Below, in pieces: positions 19,313 through 26,405 of a stretch of 28,985 nt of DNA; position 1 is the first letter of the stretch, and each line of letters begins with the position of its first letter. Both the position numbers and the translations under genes were made by a program. The DNA is from a virus (Duplodnaviria; Caudoviricetes): positions 1-28,985 of the IMG/VR virus record IMGVR_UViG_3300026863_000004. One strand, written 5' to 3'. The notes under the pieces were generated by a model that was not told the origin of the DNA, searched no databases, and saw nothing but the letters and a program-made list of their open reading frames with translations.

Positions 19313-19390
19313 ATGTCCGGCTTCACGCCCAAACCCAAACCCAAGCCGCGTCCTGTCTCTCGGCCATCCAGCAAGCCGCGTCCCAAATGA
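19313..19390 (+). CDS. 25-aa Pro/Lys/Arg-rich peptide MSGFTPKPKPKPRPVSRPSSKPRPK
   Basis: Strong SD AAGGAG; stop overlaps next ATG (ATGA). Confidence 0.6.
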   Translation: MSGFTPKPKPKPRPVSRPSSKPRPK

Positions 19391-19851
19391 TGCCGATGGG
19401 GGGCTATCTGGGCATTCTGTGCGTTCTGGCAGTTGCGGGGCTGCTGCAAAGGAACGAACCGATGCTTCGGACATCGCTCGTGATCCTGGCCAACTGGCTG
19501 GCGAACACCGCCTTTGTCACCATCGCCGGGGTCTATGACCCATGGGTCTGGTTCATGCTGACGGACGCGATCGCGGCGGGCGTGGTGCTGATGCATCCCG
19601 CTGGCCGCATGCAGGCGTCGATCGGGTGGATTTATATCTCCATGATATTGGTCCATTTCGGATATTGGTTCGCTCGTAACCCTGATGCAATTCTCGATTA
19701 TTTGTATATACTTGACTGGCTCGCGGTCGCGCAGATCGGCTTGATGGTGCTATGGGGGATGGGCGGTGTTGCTCGACGCATTGGTCATCATCTGCACCGC
19801 GCCGATCGTCGCCTATCTCAGCCGTCGCGCATGGCGGGCGTGGACGAGTGA
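19387..19851 (+). CDS. Multi-pass membrane protein of unknown function
   Basis: 154 aa, about five hydrophobic helices with embedded N, D, H, Q residues. Confidence 0.7.
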   Translation: MMPMGGYLGILCVLAVAGLLQRNEPMLRTSLVILANWLANTAFVTIAGVYDPWVWFMLTDAIAAGVVLMHPAGRMQASIGWIYISMILVHFGYWFARNPDAILDYLYILDWLAVAQIGLMVLWGMGGVARRIGHHLHRADRRLSQPSRMAGVDE

Positions 19852-20039
19852 ACGGTCCACGGAGGCCGAACCGGAATGACTGGTTCAGCCCTGCCACAAT
19901 CCTGACCGTCGTTGCGATGGGGATGACGGCCTACGCCGCCTATTCGACGTTCAACCAGAATATCGACAAGCGCGTCTCGGTCCTCGAAACGCAGGTCGCG
20001 CCGATGTGGCGGGCCTACGAGGCTGCGCGCCAGCACTAG
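19848..20039 (+). CDS. Single-TM protein, putative holin/antiholin
   Basis: GTGA overlap start; one TM followed by short coiled coil (IDKRVSVLETQV); directly before endolysin. Confidence 0.5.
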   Translation: MNGPRRPNRNDWFSPATILTVVAMGMTAYAAYSTFNQNIDKRVSVLETQVAPMWRAYEAARQH

Positions 20040-20048
20040 GAGCAATCC

Positions 20049-20477
20049 ATGAATATCAGCGGCAAGGGGCTTGACCTGATCAAGTCCTTCGAAGGCTTTC
20101 GCGCGACTGCGTATATCTGCCCGGCCGGCGTCCTGACGATCGGCTATGGCTCGACCGGCCCGCACGCCAAGAAGGGCATGACGATCACCGAGGCGCAGGG
20201 CGAGGAGCTTCTGCGCAAGGACGTGGCGAGGTTCGAGCGGGGCGTCTCAGCGCTCGTCGGAGAGACAACGCAGGGGCGCTTCGATGCGCTGGTGTCCTTC
20301 GCCTTCAACATCGGACTTGGCGCGCTGGAAAGCTCGACGCTGCTCAAGAAGCACAAGGCCGGAGACTATGCCGGCGCCGCTGAGCAGTTCGCACGCTGGA
20401 ACAAGGGCGGGGGCAAGGTTCTGCCCGGCCTGACCCGTCGCCGCGCCGCTGAAACCGATCTTTACAGGAGTGTTTGA
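20049..20477 (+). CDS. Endolysin, GH24 lysozyme
   Basis: IKSFEG, YICPAGVLTIGYG, FDALVSFAFNIG, LPGLTRRRAAE motifs. Confidence 0.95.
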   Translation: MNISGKGLDLIKSFEGFRATAYICPAGVLTIGYGSTGPHAKKGMTITEAQGEELLRKDVARFERGVSALVGETTQGRFDALVSFAFNIGLGALESSTLLKKHKAGDYAGAAEQFARWNKGGGKVLPGLTRRRAAETDLYRSV

Positions 20478-20478
20478 G

Positions 20479-20712
20479 GTGAACGAGCGACATACGCTGA
20501 TCGCCTTCTGCGCAATCCTGATCGCCATCTGCTACCTCGCCTCGATCGCATCGATACTGGCCTTCCAGCAGCGCTATGCGGAGGCCTTGGGGTTCGGAGG
20601 AATCACGACCGGCCTTGTCGGCGTCCTTGGCACATTCCGACCGAAGCAGCCCGCAGGCAACGTCGAGCGAGCCGAGACGGTCAACCAACTCACTCAGGAG
20701 ACCAAGCCATGA
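20479..20712 (+). CDS. Two-TM protein, putative holin
   Basis: GTG 20479 with SD AGGAG; two hydrophobic segments and polar tail. Confidence 0.55.
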   Translation: MNERHTLIAFCAILIAICYLASIASILAFQQRYAEALGFGGITTGLVGVLGTFRPKQPAGNVERAETVNQLTQETKP

Positions 20713-20921
20713 AGCACGCTATCATTCTTGCCCTGCCGCTCTTGGCCGCCTGCGCCACCACCGGCACTCTCAGCCAGTCCGCATGTAGCAACCGAGCCGC
20801 GATCGAGGCGGGGTTCGATATCGCTCTCGCCAACATGATGATGATCGATAACCCCGTCATGCGTGAAGCGGCGATCTCGTCGATCAATATCAGCCGCGCT
20901 GCGCTGGCGGCTTGCCCCTGA
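20709..20921 (+). CDS. Small lipoprotein, possible spanin component
   Basis: Signal peptide with lipobox LAAC; last gene of lysis cassette. Confidence 0.65.
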   Translation: MKHAIILALPLLAACATTGTLSQSACSNRAAIEAGFDIALANMMMIDNPVMREAAISSINISRAALAACP

Positions 20922-21014
20922 TCACCACTCCCCCCGAATAACCGCCACAACGAGAAACCCGACAGCAACAGCCATAGCGACCCACCAGGCGAAGGGGAGG
21001 GGACGGCGGGTCAC
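20922..21014 (-). CDS. 30-aa single-TM peptide MTRRPLPFAWWVAMAVAVGFLVVAVIRGEW
   Basis: Read manually; GTGA-coupled to the upstream small ORF; stop abuts the lipoprotein stop. Confidence 0.45.
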   Translation of the reverse strand: MTRRPLPFAWWVAMAVAVGFLVVAVIRGEW

Positions 21015-21136
21015 CCCAGGGCAATGAGCGCGATGACAATGATGAGCAAGATCATGGCAGCCTCAAGCGGGTGATCGCCGCCAAGACCGTCCAAATCGAA
21101 TAGATCGCGATCATCACTGGTTTCTCGATAGCTCAT
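21011..21136 (-). CDS. 41-aa peptide, acidic N-terminus with C-terminal TM
   Basis: Read manually: MSYRETSDDRDLFDLDGLGGDHPLEAAMILLIIVIALIALG; purine-rich SD (AGGA/GAGG). Confidence 0.45.
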   Translation of the reverse strand: MSYRETSDDRDLFDLDGLGGDHPLEAAMILLIIVIALIALG

Positions 21137-21177
21137 CCCTCGATCCTATCACGTCTTCCCCAAAACCCCAGCATTTG

Positions 21178-21206
21178 TTGACGGATTCGGGGTATTCTGG
21201 CATAGA
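21178..21206 (+). promoter_or_regulatory. Sigma70-type promoter
   Basis: TTGACG-17 nt-CATAGA; predicted start at ~21212-21213 coincides with the 5' end of the tRNA-like RNA. Confidence 0.6.
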
Positions 21207-21212
21207 GATGGG

Positions 21213-21376
21213 GATGCGGCGGTGGGGATGGACCCACGGGGAACCGGAAGTTCCGCAGATCGAGAACCGCGAACGATCCTTCCGGCGGACGCGGCTAGGC
21301 CCATAATTCGCGGAAAGGTCCCGCGTCCCCGAAAGGGTGGGCCAACGAGAGCAGGTTTCGAGTCCTGCCCGCATCA
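21213..21376 (+). ncRNA. tRNA-like structured RNA with large insertion in place of the anticodon arm
   Basis: Acceptor GATGCGG/CCGCATC + A; D-like arm GTGGG-GATGGA-CCCAC; T arm GCAGG-TTTCGAGT-CCTGC; 113-nt multi-stem insert. Confidence 0.65.
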
Positions 21377-21405
21377 CGAATACCCCATTGCACCCCGGCG
21401 GCCTC

Positions 21406-21717
21406 TCAACGATGCACACTGCCGGGGTCTTTGGTTGGCAGCAGGGCAAGCGCGTCGGCGATGTCCTTCTTCGTATCGGCCAGCCAGCCCGGCATTCCGT
21501 GCAGGCCGAAATCTTCGCCATAGTGATTGATCGCGCAGGCCTCGCTGTGCTGCTGAAGCATCGCGGCGGACGTTCTCAGCCTGCCCAGCGCCACCCGCAA
21601 CGCCTCGACCTCGCTTTGCAGGCGGGAGAGTTCGGCTGCGGCTTTCGCGCGAAGCGCCTCATTCCCGGTCAGGCGCTCGTCGTTCAGCCTCTCAACCAGT
21701 CCATCGATATCCATCAC
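21406..21717 (-). CDS. Phage hypothetical protein (ead-like coiled coil)
   Basis: LVERL...AAAELSRLQSEVEALR; ATGA-coupled chain. Confidence 0.6.
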   Translation of the reverse strand: MMDIDGLVERLNDERLTGNEALRAKAAAELSRLQSEVEALRVALGRLRTSAAMLQQHSEACAINHYGEDFGLHGMPGWLADTKKDIADALALLPTKDPGSVHR

Positions 21718-21905
21718 GAGAGCCTCCGTGGCTCGTCAGTGTCGATTTTTCGGATCTCGGCTTCGGACAGGAAGCGCTGATCGCGTCCATCCCAGACGCC
21801 CCAGCCCGTGCCGCCTGTCAGCGACTTCGGTACATAGCGCATCGTGCGCGCGTTGGGGCGCTGTCCGTTCTCCCAGACGGCCAGATGCTTTGCGCTCAGC
21901 TTCAT
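21714..21905 (-). CDS. Phage hypothetical protein
   Basis: ~63 aa, WGVWD motif; overlaps both neighbours. Confidence 0.55.
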   Translation of the reverse strand: MKLSAKHLAVWENGQRPNARTMRYVPKSLTGGTGWGVWDGRDQRFLSEAEIRKIDTDEPRRLS

Positions 21906-22198
21906 CACACCCCCTCCTTGCGTATTGCGGCTGCGATTGATTCCAGCATCTCGACGGCGACATAGCCCTCCGGAACCTGGGCAACGACGCGATGTTCAGC
22001 GCCTTGGTGGAATACGATGTGCCAGCCGGTGTCGGCGATATTGGCGGCAGCAGCTTCCTTCCGCGTTATCTCGCCGCACCAGATGAAATCCGTCTCTGAC
22101 AGCCGGAGAAGCGCGCCGACGTCGCAGCCACCTTCCGGCTCTGATGACGCATAGGTGATGCTGCCGATCGGCTGCTCTGGGTTGAAAATTTCCATCAC
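21905..22198 (-). CDS. Phage hypothetical protein
   Basis: 97 aa in coupled operon. Confidence 0.6.
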   Translation of the reverse strand: MMEIFNPEQPIGSITYASSEPEGGCDVGALLRLSETDFIWCGEITRKEAAAANIADTGWHIVFHQGAEHRVVAQVPEGYVAVEMLESIAAAIRKEGV

Positions 22199-22636
22199 GA
22201 AGGCTCCTCGGGAAGCGGCTGCCAGTGCGTTGGCTCACCGATAATCTGCTTTGACCACTCGCCATCATGCTGGCGCATCGGAGCATTCGATGGCCAGTCC
22301 CACTCCCCCGATCTGCGCGCAGTCCAAATGCTCGCCTCCGCAGACCACCTCGACATAGCGAATGTCGCTTTCGGTAATGCGGGTGCTGGTCCACAGCAGG
22401 ATCCGCGTCCCATCCTTCGGCGCCGTCTCGATCGGCTGCCACCGCTCCCCCGCCACGGCATCCACGCTTCCGGCTGGGGGCGATAGGGTGCGGTGACGTG
22501 CGAAGGCGAGAACGGTAGGACAGTCGTCCATTCTGCCTAAGCGCGAATTGGCCGCCGAAATGGGTTCGCCCATATCGACGAACAATCCCGCAGCCGCCTC
22601 CCTGTCGCACTGCTCCACGCTCACATCCTCAGCCAT
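22195..22636 (-). pseudogene. DUF551-like protein split by a one-base frameshift
   Basis: WQPIETAPKDG in one frame and EPTHWQPLP in another; frames switch at a G5 run (22305-22309). Confidence 0.7.
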
Positions 22637-23156
22637 GCTTGTCGTCCTTCATGTGTTCGGGGTGGCGGAAGATCTCGCGGAATTTCAGGCGCGCCTCTTC
22701 GCGCTTGGCCTTCTCCGCCTCGGTCACCCGGTAGAGGATCGGTCGCGACGGGCAGATGTCCCCACCATCCTCCAACCACCAACTACCAGTCGGCCACTCC
22801 CCGTCGTAATGACCGCGAAAGATGCCGGTGCTGCCCGGCTCAATAACATCGAAGGTGCTGCCATCCTTCGGGCAGTATGTCGGATCGTTCCAGCCCAACT
22901 CCTTCAATCGGGAGTACGCCTCGAACATCAGACGGATCGCGTCTCGCTCAGTCGGCATCAGCGCCGCTCTGGCCGCATCTCTTGCGGCAAACGCGTCTTC
23001 CTGCGCATGCCATTCGCTCTGCGTGCATTGGATCGCATGAGTCTTGCGATCCTTGTGCGCCTCTAGCATGGTGCCGAGAACTTCAGTGCACCGAGCGTCG
23101 GCGTCCCAAAGGGCCTGAAGGCGATCAACCGCATCGCGCTCATCTGAGGTCGTCAT
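22629..23156 (-). CDS. Phage hypothetical protein
   Basis: 175 aa, RLKELGW...YCPKDG motif; SD GGAG. Confidence 0.65.
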   Translation of the reverse strand: MTTSDERDAVDRLQALWDADARCTEVLGTMLEAHKDRKTHAIQCTQSEWHAQEDAFAARDAARAALMPTERDAIRLMFEAYSRLKELGWNDPTYCPKDGSTFDVIEPGSTGIFRGHYDGEWPTGSWWLEDGGDICPSRPILYRVTEAEKAKREEARLKFREIFRHPEHMKDDKHG

Positions 23157-23490
23157 GATGGGTCTCCGAGATAAGTTCGCGAATTGTCATCTTGTTGATG
23201 AAGACCTGCTGCTTTTCGGCAATCGTCGCGATGAGGTCGGCAGGCTCCATGCCCATCGCGCTTGCCAGCATGAAGGCGTAGGCACAGACGTCGGCGATCT
23301 CGTATCTGATGTCCTGATCGTGCCCGTCGCCGTCACGCCAGCGCTTCTTGACGAAGTTCGCGACCTCGCCGGCCTCTCCGGTCAGTCCGAGCGTGAGGAA
23401 GCGGATGTCGTTCTCCAGATCGCCCGTATCCGAATAGCGGCGATGATTATCCTGCGCCTGTTTCCAGACGTCCGAAATGTCAGCGGTCAT
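23140..23490 (-). CDS. MazG-like nucleotide pyrophosphohydrolase
   Basis: GLTGEAGEVANFVKK...EIADV (ExxE...ExxD) signature; ATG 23490 with SD GGAG. Confidence 0.85.
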   Translation of the reverse strand: MTADISDVWKQAQDNHRRYSDTGDLENDIRFLTLGLTGEAGEVANFVKKRWRDGDGHDQDIRYEIADVCAYAFMLASAMGMEPADLIATIAEKQQVFINKMTIRELISETHHDDLR

Positions 23491-24076
23491 GATGGGTCTC
23501 CAGGTGGTTGCGGACGGCGAATGTCTGGTCGGCCCAAAGCTCGCCGCGCTTGATTTTTCGGACGGATTTTTCATCGATGCGAAATTCGCGAGCGAGCGCT
23601 CTCATGCCTTCCCCAGCTAGGGCCCGCTGACATATCTCGATGGCCTGCGCTGCGGAGATTTTGGAGTTCGGCACCGCCTCGCCGGTCAAATGAGTGCCAT
23701 GCAACCGCTTGTCGGCATGATTTTCGGCTCTAGTTTTCCACTGTAAGTTGCAGGCTGCGTCCGTCCGAATTCCATTCCTATGGGCGGCTTCCATTCCGTC
23801 GTGCGCCTCACCGTGGAAGGCGCGGCAAACCAACCGGTGAACCTCAAAGGTTCGTGAGACACCTTCCTTGGCCAGCCCAACAAACGGATATCCCTTGCGG
23901 CTGAGGCTCTGCACCAGAATGCGCCCGGGTACGCGCACGGTTTGCTGGCGACCACGATTCTGGCGAACAAAGGTTCTCGGCAAAGATACGACTTCTCCAG
24001 CGTCGCTGACGAGATATCGCCCTTCGTATCCTGGAACACTTCGCCACTCAGCCACGATATTCGCCACACCGGTCAT
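23480..24076 (-). CDS. NUMOD4 domain HNH homing endonuclease
   Basis: EWRSVPGYEGRYLVSDAG (NUMOD4); VHRLVCRAFHG...HRNG...NLQW...EN (HNH); C-terminal HTH. Confidence 0.9.
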   Translation of the reverse strand: MTGVANIVAEWRSVPGYEGRYLVSDAGEVVSLPRTFVRQNRGRQQTVRVPGRILVQSLSRKGYPFVGLAKEGVSRTFEVHRLVCRAFHGEAHDGMEAAHRNGIRTDAACNLQWKTRAENHADKRLHGTHLTGEAVPNSKISAAQAIEICQRALAGEGMRALAREFRIDEKSVRKIKRGELWADQTFAVRNHLETHHDR

Positions 24077-25089
24077 TGTTCGGGCTCGGTTGGGGGCGTT
24101 GCGCGCAGCTCGGCGCGAATCTCCATCCACAGCTTTCCGAGCATGTTCTGGCCGTCTCGGTTCGGACCCCAGCCCCAGAAGTCGTCGCGCCAGCTATTCT
24201 CCACCAGTTCGCGCTCTCCGGTGGCGAGCAGCTTCCGGCGCACATATTCGTGCTGATGAGCCTTGAGACGCAGAATTTTGCGCATGAAGTCGATCTTCAC
24301 GTCGTCCCAATCGCTACGACGGATCAACTTGTTGCGTTCGGCGATCTTGAACGCCTCATGCGCTGAGGGTGCGTGAATGATCTCGCCTGAGACCACGCGG
24401 CATTCGTGATTCTGCGTGCCTTCGCCGGTGTGGAATTTCAGCCAATGGTAACAATGTTCTGACGTTGGAAACGTCCATGCCTTTGACCATGTTAGGTTGA
24501 AGCTGCTGAAGTTCGACAGGACGTAGAAGTCGTGCTCGTAGAAACAGACGCGATCGGGCGTATCGAGGCCGTGGCATTCGACCTGCCCATCCCCAGCGCT
24601 CGACCCGGTGGTGAGCGAGGTGCGGGAATATTTGAGATCGCGAACAGCCTGCACGGCGACGTCGCATCCCTCGGCGAACCTCAGTTCGTGCGTCTTCGCT
24701 TTCATATCGCGCACGTAGTTCGCGAGCGCTGATTTGACGGCCGATGCCGCAGCGTCAATAGCCGCACTCCGCGCCCGCTCGATCGCCTCCCGCGCTGGTG
24801 GGGTGGAGGCGTCGTTGCAGATGTGACAGGCCTCGACGCGACCAAGGCAATCGTCGATACCGCCGGCCAGCGCGCAGAGATCATTATCGCAATCCTCCGC
24901 GTGGCCGAAGATCTCCCCGTATCCGTGACAGGCATCGCACGGATCCTCCGTGGTCTCCCCAGCCTCTGGCGCGGTGGGGGTGGATAGGGAGGCGAGGGCG
25001 GCCTCAGCCTTCAATGCGCGCTCTCGCCATCCACTCGCCTCAGCGATCATCTGGCACTGCTGCTGGCTGGTGAGATCACCTTCCTTCAT
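24073..25089 (-). CDS. Mosaic protein with Cys-rich N-terminal region and C-terminal NADAR (YbiA/DUF1768) domain
   Basis: LSNFS, FPTSEHCYH, RSDWDDVK..M, LLATGERELVENSWRDDFWG, GQNMLGKLWMEIR. Confidence 0.88.
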   Translation of the reverse strand: MKEGDLTSQQQCQMIAEASGWRERALKAEAALASLSTPTAPEAGETTEDPCDACHGYGEIFGHAEDCDNDLCALAGGIDDCLGRVEACHICNDASTPPAREAIERARSAAIDAAASAVKSALANYVRDMKAKTHELRFAEGCDVAVQAVRDLKYSRTSLTTGSSAGDGQVECHGLDTPDRVCFYEHDFYVLSNFSSFNLTWSKAWTFPTSEHCYHWLKFHTGEGTQNHECRVVSGEIIHAPSAHEAFKIAERNKLIRRSDWDDVKIDFMRKILRLKAHQHEYVRRKLLATGERELVENSWRDDFWGWGPNRDGQNMLGKLWMEIRAELRATPPTEPEQ

Positions 25090-25285
25090 CGCGATTGTCC
25101 CTCATGATGGTGCGGATTTCTTCGCTGAACGCCTTGGTCACGCGCTCGACGATGAGATCGGCCTCAGTTGGCCCGTGGCGCTCGCAGGTCCGCGAAAGCA
25201 TGTCCCGATATGGGCAGGTGTATCCGCAGCCCGGCGCGAAATGCGGGGCTTTCGTCTTCACACCATCCTGCGTCTGGATTGTCAT
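25076..25285 (-). CDS. Phage hypothetical protein
   Basis: 69 aa, SD AAAGGA, Cys/His residues. Confidence 0.5.
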   Translation of the reverse strand: MTIQTQDGVKTKAPHFAPGCGYTCPYRDMLSRTCERHGPTEADLIVERVTKAFSEEIRTIMRDNRDEGR

Positions 25286-25302
25286 GGTTGGGGGTCCTTT
25301 GG

Positions 25303-25455
25303 TCATGCTGCGAGCCTTTCGGCTTCGACGCGACAGTGACGACATGGGAAAATCATGCCGAGGAAATGTACTCGCATTGGCGAGCGGCACTTGAGACAGC
25401 GCACAACATCATCAATGTCGGGAATCTCATCTGTTGATTTCGGACGATCGTTCAT
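25303..25455 (-). CDS. Small zinc-ribbon-like protein
   Basis: 50 aa, CLKC...CRHC; ATGA overlap with the methyltransferase stop. Confidence 0.5.
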   Translation of the reverse strand: MNDRPKSTDEIPDIDDVVRCLKCRSPMRVHFLGMIFPCRHCRVEAERLAA

Positions 25456-26138
25456 GCCGCGAGGCTCCGAGTTTCGATGTAGTTGAGAAGTTGTCGACCG
25501 ATGAAGCGCGTGTAAGCAGGCGGGATCGCCTCGTTCAGTTCCTCCTTCGTCATCCAGTCGATGCGCATGGCGTCTGCGGCGTTCGCCTTCGAACAGTTGC
25601 CGCCGCCGGTGACTTGAACGAACGATGTGTTCTGGTCGAGCTTGCCGTAATGGGCCTTCCGCTTGTCGTGGGTGAACACCAGCGGATGCGGCTTGCAATC
25701 GGGCGCCCAGAGCGGGAAATTGACCTCGAACAGCCGGTGGCGCAGGACCCGAAGCTCAGGGAACATCGTGCCGCACAGCTTGACCGGGTTGATCAGCGGC
25801 GCGCCTTCGACGTTCTCGATGACGAACGGTAGGCCGGTTCGCGTGAGGATGCGCCGCGTCGCCTCGATGAAGCACGGGTAATCCCGCTTGCTCTGGCGCT
25901 GCAAATCGGTGTGCGCCTGACACGGCGGGCTTGCATGAACCGCATCGAAGTTCTCGCGGATCCAGCACACGAATGCATGCTCTTGTTCGTCATACAGCGT
26001 CTCGCGGCGCTGGAAGAACGGATAGTTCGGCTGCCAGTGCTGGTCGATGCCGACCACGAAGAAGCCCGCCGCATGATAGCCGGCTGCGGCTCCGCCCGCC
26101 TTGCAGAACAGGTCTAGCAGCTTAGGGCGCTTAGTCAC
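25452..26138 (-). CDS. Short orphan DNA (cytosine-5) methyltransferase
   Basis: Motif I LDLFCKAGG, IV SPPCQ, VI IENV, VIII RHRLF, X LNEAIPP; GTG start at 26138. Confidence 0.85.
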   Translation of the reverse strand: MTKRPKLLDLFCKAGGAAAGYHAAGFFVVGIDQHWQPNYPFFQRRETLYDEQEHAFVCWIRENFDAVHASPPCQAHTDLQRQSKRDYPCFIEATRRILTRTGLPFVIENVEGAPLINPVKLCGTMFPELRVLRHRLFEVNFPLWAPDCKPHPLVFTHDKRKAHYGKLDQNTSFVQVTGGGNCSKANAADAMRIDWMTKEELNEAIPPAYTRFIGRQLLNYIETRSLAA

Positions 26139-26272
26139 GCAGCCGCCGCGATCGTGAAAGCGGCGTCCAGCGAATGGCAGACGCGGGGATCGCGGGTCAC
26201 GCCGTAGACGTGGAACTCGTCGCCGAGCTGCCAGATCTCCACGACACCGGATTTTTCGATGAGCTTCGGCAT
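26135..26272 (-). CDS. 45-aa hypothetical protein MPKLIEKSGVVEIWQLGDEFHVYGVTRDPRVCHSLDAAFTIAAAA
   Basis: Read manually; SD GGGAGG; GTGA-coupled to the methyltransferase. Confidence 0.6.
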   Translation of the reverse strand: MPKLIEKSGVVEIWQLGDEFHVYGVTRDPRVCHSLDAAFTIAAAA

Positions 26273-26377
26273 TTCTGAGCCTCCCGAATGTTTTCACACG
26301 ATCCGGGAATTGGCTGCGTTCTGCGGCGCTGTTTTCCGAGAACGAAGCGGGAATCCCGGCTTCATTCCGGCACTCTG

Positions 26378-26405
26378 CGATAACATCAATTTAACTATGT
26401 TGACG
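26378..26405. other. AT-rich imperfect inverted repeat: candidate attR core and/or CtrA box
   Basis: CGATAACATCA-ATTTAA-CTATGTTGACG; contains ATAA-N7-TTAAC; sits at the phage/host transition. Confidence 0.45.

Larger units (their letters stand above)
1..26400. mobile_element. P22-like prophage, right part (left end and integrase outside window)
   Basis: Contiguous terminase-portal-scaffold-coat-tail-ejection-lysis gene order, then phage accessory genes, then an abrupt switch to host-type genes at 26419. Right boundary approximate. Confidence 0.93.

Noticed and set aside
21213-21376. Canonical tRNA-Ser(GGA), tmRNA or HDV-like/theta ribozyme
   Set aside because: The possible CCGGAAG loop lacks U33 and competes with a stronger stem; no G3-U70 Ala identity or tag ORF ending in AA-stop; the pseudoknot lacks HDV P3 and the catalytic J4/2 strand.
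26139-26297. N-terminal extension of the methyltransferase
   Set aside because: The region is better explained by a separate 45-aa gene with a strong SD coupled to the GTG at 26138.
26378-26405. True chromosomal dif site
   Set aside because: Only partial similarity and no typical XerC arm; retained only as an att/CtrA candidate.
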